IMG/VR virus record: IMGVR_UViG_3300033066_001173
Span: 4,880-68,879 of that record
Direction: 5' to 3' (one strand)
DNA from: a virus
Taxonomy: Duplodnaviria; Caudoviricetes
Length of the DNA stretch: 64,000 nucleotides
The position numbers and the translations under genes are program-made. Shown piece after piece: positions 48,661 to 57,321 of the stretch. The notes beneath the pieces were generated by a model that ran no database searches, had not been told where the DNA came from, and was given only the letters and a program-made list of their open reading frames with translations. Position 1 is the stretch's first letter. The number at the start of each line of letters is the position of its first letter.

Positions 48661-48699
48661 AGTTGCAAATAAACAATATTTATTTTATCTTTGCAACCT
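48661..48699 (+). promoter_or_regulatory. Repeated promoter, copy 2
   Basis: AGTTGCA-N15-TTTTATCTTTGCAACCT. Confidence 0.8.
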
Positions 48700-48705
48700 C
48701 GTTTT

Positions 48706-49080
48706 ATGGCTAGTGATAAATTAATATTAGGGTTTCTGAAAGTTGTAGAGGATCATTATAAGATACGAGGCGGGTACCTGTACGATCAGTGGGGGAAATA
48801 CAAGGAGAAGTACGAAAAAAAGAAAGTCGCTAAGAATAAAAAATCGATACCGGATAATCAACAAGAGGTTTTGGAGTATATGAAATCTTTAAAAATAGTA
48901 AGCCCAAATGAGAATTCAGAGAGATTTTATAATCATTATAAGGCCAATGGGTGGGTTCAGGGAAAAGGGGCAAAGCCAATTGTAGACTGGAAGGCTTGCG
49001 TTAAAACCTGGAGTTTTGAAAAAGAAGGAAATGCAAAAAGCGGAATTAGTATAAGAAGGTATAAAGAAAACAACAAATAA
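48706..49080 (+). CDS. Replication-organiser-like C-terminal domain protein
   Basis: FYNHYKANGW..GK..PIVDWKACVKTW, the helical C-terminal domain seen in phage initiators. Confidence 0.6.
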   Translation: MASDKLILGFLKVVEDHYKIRGGYLYDQWGKYKEKYEKKKVAKNKKSIPDNQQEVLEYMKSLKIVSPNENSERFYNHYKANGWVQGKGAKPIVDWKACVKTWSFEKEGNAKSGISIRRYKENNK

Positions 49081-49105
49081 AAATAAACCTAAAAACCAAA
49101 TCAAA

Positions 49106-49288
49106 ATGAAACAGGAAATCGAAGAGATCATCAAGAAGCACTTATCCCAAGAGGTAGGTGAGACGTTAAAAAAGACTTTACAGCAAGCCGAGATAGATGC
49201 TGTTACGGTAAAAAATCAAGCTAAGTTATTAAGCGACAAAGACTTTACCATTAAAAACAAAGTTTATTTGTGGAGCAAACAGAGTTAA
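49106..49288 (+). CDS. Hypothetical protein (possibly truncated)
   Basis: 60 aa. Confidence 0.45.
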   Translation: MKQEIEEIIKKHLSQEVGETLKKTLQQAEIDAVTVKNQAKLLSDKDFTIKNKVYLWSKQS

Positions 49289-49363
49289 TGGAGATAAAAA
49301 ATGCGAAATTCAATGTGAGCAATGCGAAGAGCTGTACCCTACTAACTAATAAATATAAAGAAG

Positions 49364-49759
49364 ATGGAAAGAGAAATAAAGTTTAAAACTATTTTACAAT
49401 ATAAGGACGGAACAATACAATCATTTTTTATTTATCCATTTAACGATTTATTAGATGACGAGGATTCAAATAAGCCCATTCCGAGTGGAGCAAAACACTT
49501 AGCTATTGGATTGCAATACACAGGCTTAAAAGACAAGAACGGAAAAGAAATTTACGAGGGGGATATTTTGCAAGTTGCTGGAAATAAAAAATATGAAGTT
49601 AAATACTGTACTGGCGGAGAATCTAATTTTGAATGGTTCGGAGGAATGTTTATTCTTCATTTAAATGAAGAAAACTTTTTTGGATTTGATGAATACGCAA
49701 TGAAAACTGGTGGAATTATCGGAAACATTTACGAAAACCCTGAATTACTTAACCCCTAA
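49364..49759 (+). CDS. YopX-family protein
   Basis: MEREIKFK, QYTGLKDKNGKEIYEGDIL, IIGNIYENPELL. Confidence 0.93.
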   Translation: MEREIKFKTILQYKDGTIQSFFIYPFNDLLDDEDSNKPIPSGAKHLAIGLQYTGLKDKNGKEIYEGDILQVAGNKKYEVKYCTGGESNFEWFGGMFILHLNEENFFGFDEYAMKTGGIIGNIYENPELLNP

Positions 49760-49770
49760 CCAACCAACCT

Positions 49771-50136
49771 ATGATGCCAAAAGAAATAGAAGAAGGAAAT
49801 AAATTGATTGCTGAATTTATGGGAGGAGTTTTTTATGAAAAAGGTAATGTATGGAAGTTTCCAATAAAGATGGAAGTATTGGCTAATACAGATAAATGCA
49901 ATCCAATTTTTATTAAATATCACTCCTCATGGGACTGGCTTATGCTAGTTGTTGAGAAGATAGAAACATTTAGTAATGGATATAGTAATTTAATAGGAGT
50001 TAATATGTTTTTAAATTCCTGCACTATAAGAGATAACAAAAATGAAATATCAAGAGCTCATTCAGATACAAAAATTAATGCAACTTATCGAGCGGTACTA
50101 AAGTTCATCAACTGGTACAACAAGAAAAATAAATGA
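49771..50136 (+). CDS. Phage ABA-sandwich-like domain protein
   Basis: NKLIAEFMG, YHSSWDWLMLVVEKI. Confidence 0.55.
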   Translation: MMPKEIEEGNKLIAEFMGGVFYEKGNVWKFPIKMEVLANTDKCNPIFIKYHSSWDWLMLVVEKIETFSNGYSNLIGVNMFLNSCTIRDNKNEISRAHSDTKINATYRAVLKFINWYNKKNK

Positions 50137-50303
50137 AGATGATAAAATGGTTTTGTAAGCACAAATGGAAAACTCATACTAAAAAAGTTTACGGGTGGAC
50201 TCAAAAAGTTGAAGGAACATGGGATAGAACTGAAACTGTTTCTGAAACAACAGAAATACTTATATGCGAAAAATGCGGTAAAATAACTAAATTAGAATAC
50301 TAA
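50133..50303 (+). CDS. Small Zn-ribbon-like protein (DUF1660-like, 56 aa, not in the ORF track)
   Basis: WFCKHKW ... CEKCGK. Confidence 0.6.
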   Translation: MKMIKWFCKHKWKTHTKKVYGWTQKVEGTWDRTETVSETTEILICEKCGKITKLEY

Positions 50304-50304
50304 C

Positions 50305-50652
50305 ATGGCAACACTTTTATGGCTTGATGACGCAAGAAATCCACACGAAAACGACTGGCTTGTTTTTAGTCCAATAGAACAACCATTTGAAACTATTTGG
50401 GTAAAGTCTTATCAAGAGTTTAAAGAATATATTTATGATAATGGATTGCCAACAGCTATTTGCTTTGACCATGATTTAGGAGAGCCGATAGGTGAAGATG
50501 AAAAAACAGGGATGGATTGTGCTAAATGGTTAGTTTGGTGGTGTCAAGAACATAATCTCAAATTACCATTGTATAATATACAGTCAGCTAATCCAGTTGG
50601 AAAAGACAATATAGACAGTCTGTTGAAAAATTTCATTAAACATTGCAACTAA
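50305..50652 (+). CDS. Cyclic-phosphate-processing receiver-like domain protein
   Basis: LWLDDARNP, WVKSYQEF, ICFDHDLG, TGMDCAKWLV, QSANPVGKDNI. Confidence 0.8.
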   Translation: MATLLWLDDARNPHENDWLVFSPIEQPFETIWVKSYQEFKEYIYDNGLPTAICFDHDLGEPIGEDEKTGMDCAKWLVWWCQEHNLKLPLYNIQSANPVGKDNIDSLLKNFIKHCN

Positions 50653-50653
50653 C

Positions 50654-50824
50654 ATGGCAACATTCGCAGTAATCTGTTTGGTGGTAATTAACAATGGAAT
50701 ATGGATTTATATTGGGTATAAAAATAAGGAACTTAAATTTTGGCAAATTTTTTTATTAGAATTTATTGCTGGATTATCAGTGATTTTAATAATCCTTTGG
50801 GGCTATCCTTTATTAACTAAATGA
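50654..50824 (+). CDS. Small two-TM membrane protein (56 aa, not in the ORF track)
   Basis: MATFAVICLVVINNGIWIYIGY...FWQIFLLEFIAGLSVILIILWGYPLLTK. Confidence 0.55.
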   Translation: MATFAVICLVVINNGIWIYIGYKNKELKFWQIFLLEFIAGLSVILIILWGYPLLTK

Positions 50825-50825
50825 G

Positions 50826-51020
50826 ATGACTACAGAAAAAAAAGAAGCAAATAGATTGTTTGAAATAGAATTGATAGAGAAAGCAATAACATTGCTAAAT
50901 GAATCGTTTTTGCCACAAAACTTGGAATGCGATGGGGCATATTGCATGGGTTGTTGGAAGGATAAAGTAAAGGAAGCTATTGAATTTCTTAAATTGGCAA
51001 CAAGTAAAATAGGAAATTGA
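50826..51020 (+). CDS. Hypothetical protein
   Basis: 64 aa with C.GAYC.GC. Confidence 0.5.
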   Translation: MTTEKKEANRLFEIELIEKAITLLNESFLPQNLECDGAYCMGCWKDKVKEAIEFLKLATSKIGN

Positions 51021-51046
51021 GAAGTTGTAAACTTAATAATTAAAAA

Positions 51047-52057
51047 ATGAAATCAAAACTAACAAGAACTAACATTGCTTTGTATTCTCCGGAATGGTAT
51101 GCGTACCGAGATAACTTCGTAAATGCATCTGAGGTTGGTTCAATTCTAGGACTTTCTCAATACAGTTGTGCAGCAAAAGTATTTGGAGAAAAGCTCCATA
51201 TGGTGGAGCAGTTTAACGAAGACAATAAATTCACATTCTGGGGAAAGAAAATGGAATCTCTTATTGCTGACTCATGGAAGTATTATGATGGTAACGAAGA
51301 CTCTTACATTAAGAATCAGAACGAAGGAAATCTAATCAGAAACTGCAAGAACATAAATGGATATGTCTCAAATCCGGCGTTTCCCTGGTTGTCTATGAGC
51401 CTAGATAGGGTAATTAATAAAGGAGCGTTTAATCTTATTAACCGGGAGATATTAAATGAAGAGTGCCCTTTAGAAATAAAGAGAATACACTCTATGGAGC
51501 TTAAAAAGTGGGAGTCAATTCCTCCGGCTTATTTGGCCCAGGTTACTACACAGATGATTATTTCTGAAACTAAATACTCTGAGATGGTTCTTCTTGATTC
51601 AGACAACAACCTACACGTTTACCCCATAGAGTATAATGAATCGTTGGCAGAAACTATTATCGAATCTACAAAAGAATTTTGGTACAATAGAGTTGTTCCA
51701 GCAAAGAAGTTAATGGAAATGTATAAGCAGGATATGGATGAGTCTGTAATGGTTGAAATTAACAAACTGGAGCCACCTCCGGATGATTCTGAAGCGTATG
51801 AGCAGTTTGTCAAGGAAAAGTATAGAGCATCAAATATTATAAATAGCAAACCAGGATCTCAAGATGACTTTTCAAATTGCATAGACTATGTAAAAATAAA
51901 CAAAGAGATAAAGGAGAAAGAGAAAGAGAAGCAGCGATATAAAAACCTTATCATTCACAGCATAGGAGACTTAGAAAGGATAACCTTTGAAGACAACTAT
52001 GCTAGCTATTCCAAGGATAAAAACGGATCAAGGACTCTTAGGGTATCTATAAAGTAA
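51047..52057 (+). CDS. YqaJ/lambda-exonuclease-like recombination nuclease
   Basis: EWYAYR..FVNASEVGSILGLSQY, WGKKME, PWLSMSLDR, LEIK, YLAQVTTQM. Confidence 0.88.
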   Translation: MKSKLTRTNIALYSPEWYAYRDNFVNASEVGSILGLSQYSCAAKVFGEKLHMVEQFNEDNKFTFWGKKMESLIADSWKYYDGNEDSYIKNQNEGNLIRNCKNINGYVSNPAFPWLSMSLDRVINKGAFNLINREILNEECPLEIKRIHSMELKKWESIPPAYLAQVTTQMIISETKYSEMVLLDSDNNLHVYPIEYNESLAETIIESTKEFWYNRVVPAKKLMEMYKQDMDESVMVEINKLEPPPDDSEAYEQFVKEKYRASNIINSKPGSQDDFSNCIDYVKINKEIKEKEKEKQRYKNLIIHSIGDLERITFEDNYASYSKDKNGSRTLRVSIK

Positions 52058-52060
52058 GCT

Positions 52061-52510
52061 ATGAATAAATCACCATTAGAAGAAGAAATACAGTTACTAA
52101 TAAATAGAACGTATAAAACAATAAAAATGGCGGAAGTTGCAATTGAAGAATTAGAAGAGATTAAAAAGAAATCCATGTCGTATAATTTTTATACTGACAA
52201 AAAAATAATTAATTCAGAAAAAATACTTCTATACATCTGCCAAAAAATGGATGCTGAGCCAAGCAAAATAAAGGCAAGAACTAGAAAGAGAGAGATTTCA
52301 TTTATTAGGCAGCTTTATTTTTATTTTGTAAGGAGGATAGACCCGTCTATTTCTTTGGATAAAGTAGGGTATGTGGTTGACAGAAATCACGCAACTGTTC
52401 TTCATGGAGTAAGTGCCATAAATAACCTCATGTATTCAGACAAGAAAATATTGGCAATAGTTAACGACATAGAAAGTGAGATACCATTAATTAAAGAGCT
52501 TTTGATATGA
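52061..52510 (+). CDS. Protein with DnaA C-terminal-like HTH domain
   Basis: ARTRKREISFIRQ...SLDKVGYVVDRNHATVLHGV. Confidence 0.8.
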   Translation: MNKSPLEEEIQLLINRTYKTIKMAEVAIEELEEIKKKSMSYNFYTDKKIINSEKILLYICQKMDAEPSKIKARTRKREISFIRQLYFYFVRRIDPSISLDKVGYVVDRNHATVLHGVSAINNLMYSDKKILAIVNDIESEIPLIKELLI

Positions 52511-52851
52511 AGCACCCAGAAAGCGATCTGCAACAATCATGTGTAAAATGGTTTCGATATCAATACCCCGAATTAAAAAGACTACTATTCTCTATACCTA
52601 ATGGAGGATTTACTGATTTTCAAAGAAAAATTAAATCTGCCGAAGGAATGGTTTCCGGTGTGTGTGATTTATTTTTATCATACCCATCAAATGGATTTCA
52701 TGGAATGTATATAGAAATGAAGTCAGGCAAAAATACGCTATCTATTAATCAAGAAGAATTTATTAGCGACGCTTCTAGTGCAGGATATAAATGTGTTGTT
52801 TGTTATTCTTTCGACGAATTTGAAAAAGAAGTAAATAATTATCTACAATAA
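52507..52851 (+). CDS. VRR-NUC domain nuclease
   Basis: ESDLQQSCVKW, FSIPNGG, GMVSGVCDL, YIEMKS, LSINQEEF. Confidence 0.9.
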   Translation: MKHPESDLQQSCVKWFRYQYPELKRLLFSIPNGGFTDFQRKIKSAEGMVSGVCDLFLSYPSNGFHGMYIEMKSGKNTLSINQEEFISDASSAGYKCVVCYSFDEFEKEVNNYLQ

Positions 52852-52904
52852 ATTGCTAATAAAAATATTAATTGTAGCTTTGCAATAATTATTCATTCAA
52901 TACA

Positions 52905-53111
52905 ATGGCTGGTATAATCGCATACGTTTTTTCTTGGTATTTCTTCGCAGTTATTTATCTTCACAGAAGCGGAGAGGTAAAGAGATTAGAGGTGTTATTT
53001 TATTGGATAATGGGCGTAATTTTCCCTATTTCACTGCTTGTATTAATTGGCATATATATTCACAATAAACTAGAAAAAAGAAAATGGTGGAACAAGAGAT
53101 GCATGTGGTAA
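52905..53111 (+). CDS. Small membrane protein
   Basis: Two hydrophobic helices; promoter TAGCTTTG at 52875-52882. Confidence 0.5.
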   Translation: MAGIIAYVFSWYFFAVIYLHRSGEVKRLEVLFYWIMGVIFPISLLVLIGIYIHNKLEKRKWWNKRCMW

Positions 53112-53368
53112 AAACAGTTAAAAATAGGATTATCATCCTGCCAGACGAGGTGTCTAATAAAACAGACTCTGGATTTATTCTTCCAGACGAGGCAAAGCAG
53201 CCCCCTATGTATGGATCTGTAGTTGACGCAGGTCCAGACTGCAAGTATGTAAAGAACGGAGATAAGATAATATTCCCGAAGGGCTACGGATCAAAATTAG
53301 ATATAAACAAAGTGGAGCACATTATAATGTCCGAAGAGGATGCGTTCTGCGTAATTGAATACAAATGA
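53084..53368 (+). CDS. groES: Co-chaperonin GroES
   Basis: NRIIILP, KTDSGFILPDEAK, GSVVDAGP, VKNGDKIIF..YG. Confidence 0.9.
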   Translation: MVEQEMHVVKTVKNRIIILPDEVSNKTDSGFILPDEAKQPPMYGSVVDAGPDCKYVKNGDKIIFPKGYGSKLDINKVEHIIMSEEDAFCVIEYK

Positions 53369-54930
53369 AAACAGCGAAGAAAATTTACTTTGACAGCGAG
53401 TCAATACTCAAACTAAAAGAGGGTGTTGATATTTTAGCGAATGCAGTATCAAGCACCCTTGGTCCGAAAGGAAGGGTTGCAATACTTCAAAATCCTTATG
53501 GATCTCCAATTCTAACAAAGGATGGGGTAACGGTTTCCCGGCATATTAATTTATCTGACCCTATGCAAGATATGGGGGCTTCTTTAATTAAAGACGTAGC
53601 CGAAAAGACTGTTTCTCAATGCGGGGATGGTACGACTACTTCATGCATACTCGCACAGGATATTCTTGAAAGAGGGGTTAAGGCAATTCAGGAAGGAAAG
53701 AATCCAATAGAACTTAGAAAAGAAATGGACGAGGCTGTTGAGGTGGCTATTAAGTACATAAAAGAAAACGCAATACCGGTTGGAGAGGATTGGGATAAAG
53801 TTAAAAACATTGCTATTATTTCTACTAACAACGATATCCAATTGGGAACCCTAATTTCTGATACACTAAAGAAGGTTGGAAAGCATGGTGCCTTAACTGT
53901 AAGTACAGGAACTGGCCTAGAAACTACAGTAGATTATGTGGAAGGCATGCATTTTGACAAAGGATTTATTTCTCCTTACTTTATTACTAACCCGGACAAA
54001 AATACAGCTGAATTAGATAATCCTTACATACTTATTTTCGATAAAGACATTGAGGATTTAGCGGAGCTATTGCCAATAATAGAGCAGTGCTATAAGCAAA
54101 AAAAGCAGTTACTGATCATTGCAAATGATGTTATTGGGTCAGCATTATCTGGGTTGGTAGTTAACAAGGTTCAGCAAGGATTCCCTGTGTGCGCTGTATA
54201 CGCCCCAAGCAGACTCAATGAAAGAAAAGAGATATTTCAGGACATAGCCACAGTAACCGGGGCTTCAATTGTATCTGAGGAGTTTGGAAAGAAGCTTAAG
54301 CAGGTTGTAATATCTGATTTAGGGCAATGCGAAAAGGTAATTGTTACGCACAACAATACTTTGATAATCGGAGGAAAAGGAAGTAGGGCTAAAATATCTG
54401 ATAGAGAGCTACAGTTGGAGGCTCAAATTAATCTGACAGAGCAGGAGGAATTAAAAGAAGGTTTAAGGGTTAGATTAGCTAAAATGGCATCTGGGGTAGC
54501 TATAATTAAAGTTGGAGGCAAAACGGATGCAGAGGCAAAAGAAAGGAAGGACAGGGTGGACGATGCAGTTGGCGCAACCAAGTCTGCTATTAAGGAGGGT
54601 ATTTTAGCTGGCGGCGGAAAGTCTTATATAAACGCAGCAACCGAGGTGTACAAAATTAAAACAGAGGGGGCAGACTTAATTTCAAAGTCTTTATTTTCTC
54701 CAGCAAAAAAACTACAGCTAAACTGTGGGATACTAATTGACGATGTTAAATATGAAAGCGACCCAAGTATTGGATTCAACGCTTTGACAGGAAAAAATGA
54801 AGACCTTATAGCTTCAGGAGTAATAGATTCTGCTATGGTTTTAAGATGTTGTCTTGAAAATGCAGCCAGTATAGTTGGATTAATGCTGACCAGTAATGCT
54901 TCTATAATCTACGAAAATCTACCTGAATAA
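53365..54930 (+). CDS. groEL: Chaperonin GroEL
   Basis: TLGPKGR, TKDGVTV, GDGTTT, EGMHFDKGFISPYF, RLAKMASGVAIIKVGG; lacks the C-terminal GGM tail. Confidence 0.97.
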   Translation: MKTAKKIYFDSESILKLKEGVDILANAVSSTLGPKGRVAILQNPYGSPILTKDGVTVSRHINLSDPMQDMGASLIKDVAEKTVSQCGDGTTTSCILAQDILERGVKAIQEGKNPIELRKEMDEAVEVAIKYIKENAIPVGEDWDKVKNIAIISTNNDIQLGTLISDTLKKVGKHGALTVSTGTGLETTVDYVEGMHFDKGFISPYFITNPDKNTAELDNPYILIFDKDIEDLAELLPIIEQCYKQKKQLLIIANDVIGSALSGLVVNKVQQGFPVCAVYAPSRLNERKEIFQDIATVTGASIVSEEFGKKLKQVVISDLGQCEKVIVTHNNTLIIGGKGSRAKISDRELQLEAQINLTEQEELKEGLRVRLAKMASGVAIIKVGGKTDAEAKERKDRVDDAVGATKSAIKEGILAGGGKSYINAATEVYKIKTEGADLISKSLFSPAKKLQLNCGILIDDVKYESDPSIGFNALTGKNEDLIASGVIDSAMVLRCCLENAASIVGLMLTSNASIIYENLPE

Positions 54931-55262
54931 TGGAACTAATAGCACTAAAAGACAGGGTAAAGTACCTACTAGAGGCTTACCCTAAAACTAGAGAAAACGA
55001 TAATCATTTATTGGCATTAATTTGGAAGCACGAGCTTTCTAATATCTACGAACACGCATCATCTGGAGTATTTTTTAATGCGCTGATGAATGGGGAATTA
55101 ACTTCTTCGGAGAGCATACGAAGGAACCGGCAAAAGATGCAAGAAATTTATCCTGAGCTCAGGGGGCTGAATTATAGAGGAAGGCAGATAGAGCAACAGA
55201 ATGTAAAAGATCAATTATTAGAAATAAATTTAGACAAAAATGGAGAAGGATATAAGCCTTAA
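54930..55262 (+). CDS. Conserved phage hypothetical protein
   Basis: YPKTRENDNHL...SSESIRRNRQKMQE..PELRG. Confidence 0.65.
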   Translation: MELIALKDRVKYLLEAYPKTRENDNHLLALIWKHELSNIYEHASSGVFFNALMNGELTSSESIRRNRQKMQEIYPELRGLNYRGRQIEQQNVKDQLLEINLDKNGEGYKP

Positions 55263-55383
55263 AGAGGACTACAAGGATAAGCTTAAAAAGCTAAAGGATC
55301 AAATGGAAAAACTTGAAACTCAAGAGCCTCCATATAAAAGGCCAGAGCAAGCAAAAGAAGAGAAACAATTAAACCAACAATAA
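55240..55383 (+). CDS. Small charged protein (47 aa, not in the ORF track)
   Basis: MEKDISLKEDYKDKLKKLK...; its stop is directly followed by the next ATG. Confidence 0.45.
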   Translation: MEKDISLKEDYKDKLKKLKDQMEKLETQEPPYKRPEQAKEEKQLNQQ

Positions 55384-55731
55384 ATGCAAGGAACAATAAT
55401 ATGGCTAGGGGAAACGGTAACTGTTAGCCCCAAGTTTAAGAAGAGGGAGTTTGTAGTAGAGACCGATGAGAAGTATCCACAAAAGATACTTTTTCAGGTT
55501 AGCAATGATAAATGCGAACACATGAACAACTATCAAGTAGGCGACTACGTTGAGTTAGAATATAATTTGCGAGGCCGTGATTGGAAAGGAAAGGATGGTG
55601 TTGTTAAGTATTTCAATACTCTAGAGTGCTGGAGGATTGCGAATTTCGCAAAGGAAGGTCATTTAAAAAAGGAAAAAGAGGCGCCTAGTGGCAATAGTTC
55701 GGCTTCTGAAGAAAAAGACTTACCATTTTAA
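55384..55731 (+). CDS. DUF3127-family SSB-like protein
   Basis: FKKREFVVETDEKYPQKI.F, YNLRGRDW, YFNTLECWRI; acidic tail ending DLPF. Confidence 0.88.
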   Translation: MQGTIIWLGETVTVSPKFKKREFVVETDEKYPQKILFQVSNDKCEHMNNYQVGDYVELEYNLRGRDWKGKDGVVKYFNTLECWRIANFAKEGHLKKEKEAPSGNSSASEEKDLPF

Positions 55732-55778
55732 TAAAAAACAATCCATTAAAAGGAGAAAAAACATTTAATTAAAAAAAC

Positions 55779-56669
55779 ATGAACGAAAACAAAACACTTA
55801 CAGTATCAGGATTATTCTCTCAGAAGAATGTTCAAAAGAAGTTTCAGGAGATTCTTGGAAGTAAATCGCAGGGGTTCATCACTAGCGTTTTGCAAATAAC
55901 ATCAGGTAATTCTTATTTGGCGAACGCAGATCCAATGAGTATTTACAACGCAGCCGCAACTGCAGCAACATTAGACCTGCCGATAAATAACAACTTAGGA
56001 TTTGCATGGATAGTTCCTTACAAAGGCAAGGCGCAGTTCCAAATTGGTTGGAAAGGTTTTGTTCAGTTGGCCCAAAGAACCGGGCAGTATTTAAAAATTA
56101 ACGTAGTAGAGGTGTACGCCAATCAATTCAAATCATGGAACTCATTAACAGAGGATTTGGATGCTGATTTTTCATTAGACGGCGCTGGTGATGTTGTTGG
56201 ATATTGCGCTTATTTCAAATTGCTAAATGGATTTGATAAGACTTCTTATTGGAGTAAAAGCAAAGTTGACTCGCATGCTAAGAAATATTCACAAGCTTAC
56301 GCTAGCGAAAAAGGTGTAAGCCCTTGGAAGGATAAAGACCAGTACCATGAAATGGCCAAGAAGACGGTTCTAAAAAACACACTAAACAAGTGGGGTATTT
56401 TATCTATTGAAATGCAGAAAGCGGTTTTGACAGATCAATCTGTTATTAACAACCCAGATACTGTTGATGTAACATACGTTGATCATAATGAAACAGAAAC
56501 ATCCTCAGACAAATCAGCTTCGATTAAAAATCTTGCAGAGGATTCCGCAAATAAAATCAAGAGAGGAAAAGTTATGAGCAGAATAACCACCCTAAAGGCA
56601 AAAGAGAATAGGACTGAGGATGAGTCATTAGAGATTGAAATGCTAGAGGCTGAACTTAAAGGTATGTAG
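55779..56669 (+). CDS. recT: RecT/Bet-family single-strand annealing protein
   Basis: ATLDLPINNNLGFAWIVPY, AQFQIGWKGFVQLAQRTGQY, EMAKKTV. Confidence 0.93.
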   Translation: MNENKTLTVSGLFSQKNVQKKFQEILGSKSQGFITSVLQITSGNSYLANADPMSIYNAAATAATLDLPINNNLGFAWIVPYKGKAQFQIGWKGFVQLAQRTGQYLKINVVEVYANQFKSWNSLTEDLDADFSLDGAGDVVGYCAYFKLLNGFDKTSYWSKSKVDSHAKKYSQAYASEKGVSPWKDKDQYHEMAKKTVLKNTLNKWGILSIEMQKAVLTDQSVINNPDTVDVTYVDHNETETSSDKSASIKNLAEDSANKIKRGKVMSRITTLKAKENRTEDESLEIEMLEAELKGM

Positions 56670-56814
56670 ATATCACAGCCAATAAGATCGTTCGTGTAAT
56701 GCGTCCTAATGAGGCAGATTTCTATTTAACATAATACATGAACCGCTTAATTTGTTAAATTTCGATGTTTATAACTTTTGGTGTGGATTCTGAGGAATTG
56801 ATATATTTGTAATT

Positions 56815-56890
56815 GCAACCGCTTTATGCGATTGTTTCTCTTCGTTTCTTTTTGTTCTAGTTAGTCCGGTTTAATAGCCGGACTTTCTAT
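56815..56890 (+). ncRNA. Candidate small RNA with its own promoter and terminator
   Basis: TTTG-N21-TATATTTG (56777-56809), a 5' hairpin, a CU-rich stretch, then the terminator stem AGTCCGG/CCGGACT; no ORF. Confidence 0.5.
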
Positions 56891-56891
56891 T

Positions 56892-57113
56892 TTAGTTGAG
56901 TTTGTAATTAGGGAGGTCTGCTTTAATCCTTCTGCTCCTTTTGGGAAATTTCATCATTCTTTCTTGGGACAGAAGCTGTTCTAAAATGTACAAACAAATA
57001 TCGAATCCAACAACGCCATCTTTTGGAATACCGGTTACTTTGGATACTTTATTGATGTGCGCAACAACTATTTCCGGAGGAATTCTGTCTACTATCCTAG
57101 AAATGGGTTTCAT
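56892..57113 (-). CDS. Hypothetical early protein
   Basis: 73 aa with an A/C-rich leader and an upstream promoter-like box. Confidence 0.55.
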   Translation of the reverse strand: MKPISRIVDRIPPEIVVAHINKVSKVTGIPKDGVVGFDICLYILEQLLSQERMMKFPKRSRRIKADLPNYKLN

Positions 57114-57215
57114 AAATTAGGGGTTTTGTGTTTTTAGTTTCGGTATATCCAAGTTACTTATCAAATATAGGATATAAAAAATAAGGTTTTTATGATGTGG
57201 AAGTTAAATGTTAAC

Positions 57216-57286
57216 AAATAGAGTGCGGGGCGAAATAACCACTGGTCTGTAGAAACCGAAAATCCTCCCCGCCTTTTTCTCTATTT
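57216..57286 (-). ncRNA. Candidate structured intergenic RNA
   Basis: Stems AAATAGAG/CTCTATTT, GCGGGG/CCCCGC and an inner GGTTT/AGACC that pairs only on the minus strand. Confidence 0.45.
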
Positions 57287-57321
57287 CAATAATCAACGAG
57301 CCAAGTTACTTAAAGTTTTGT

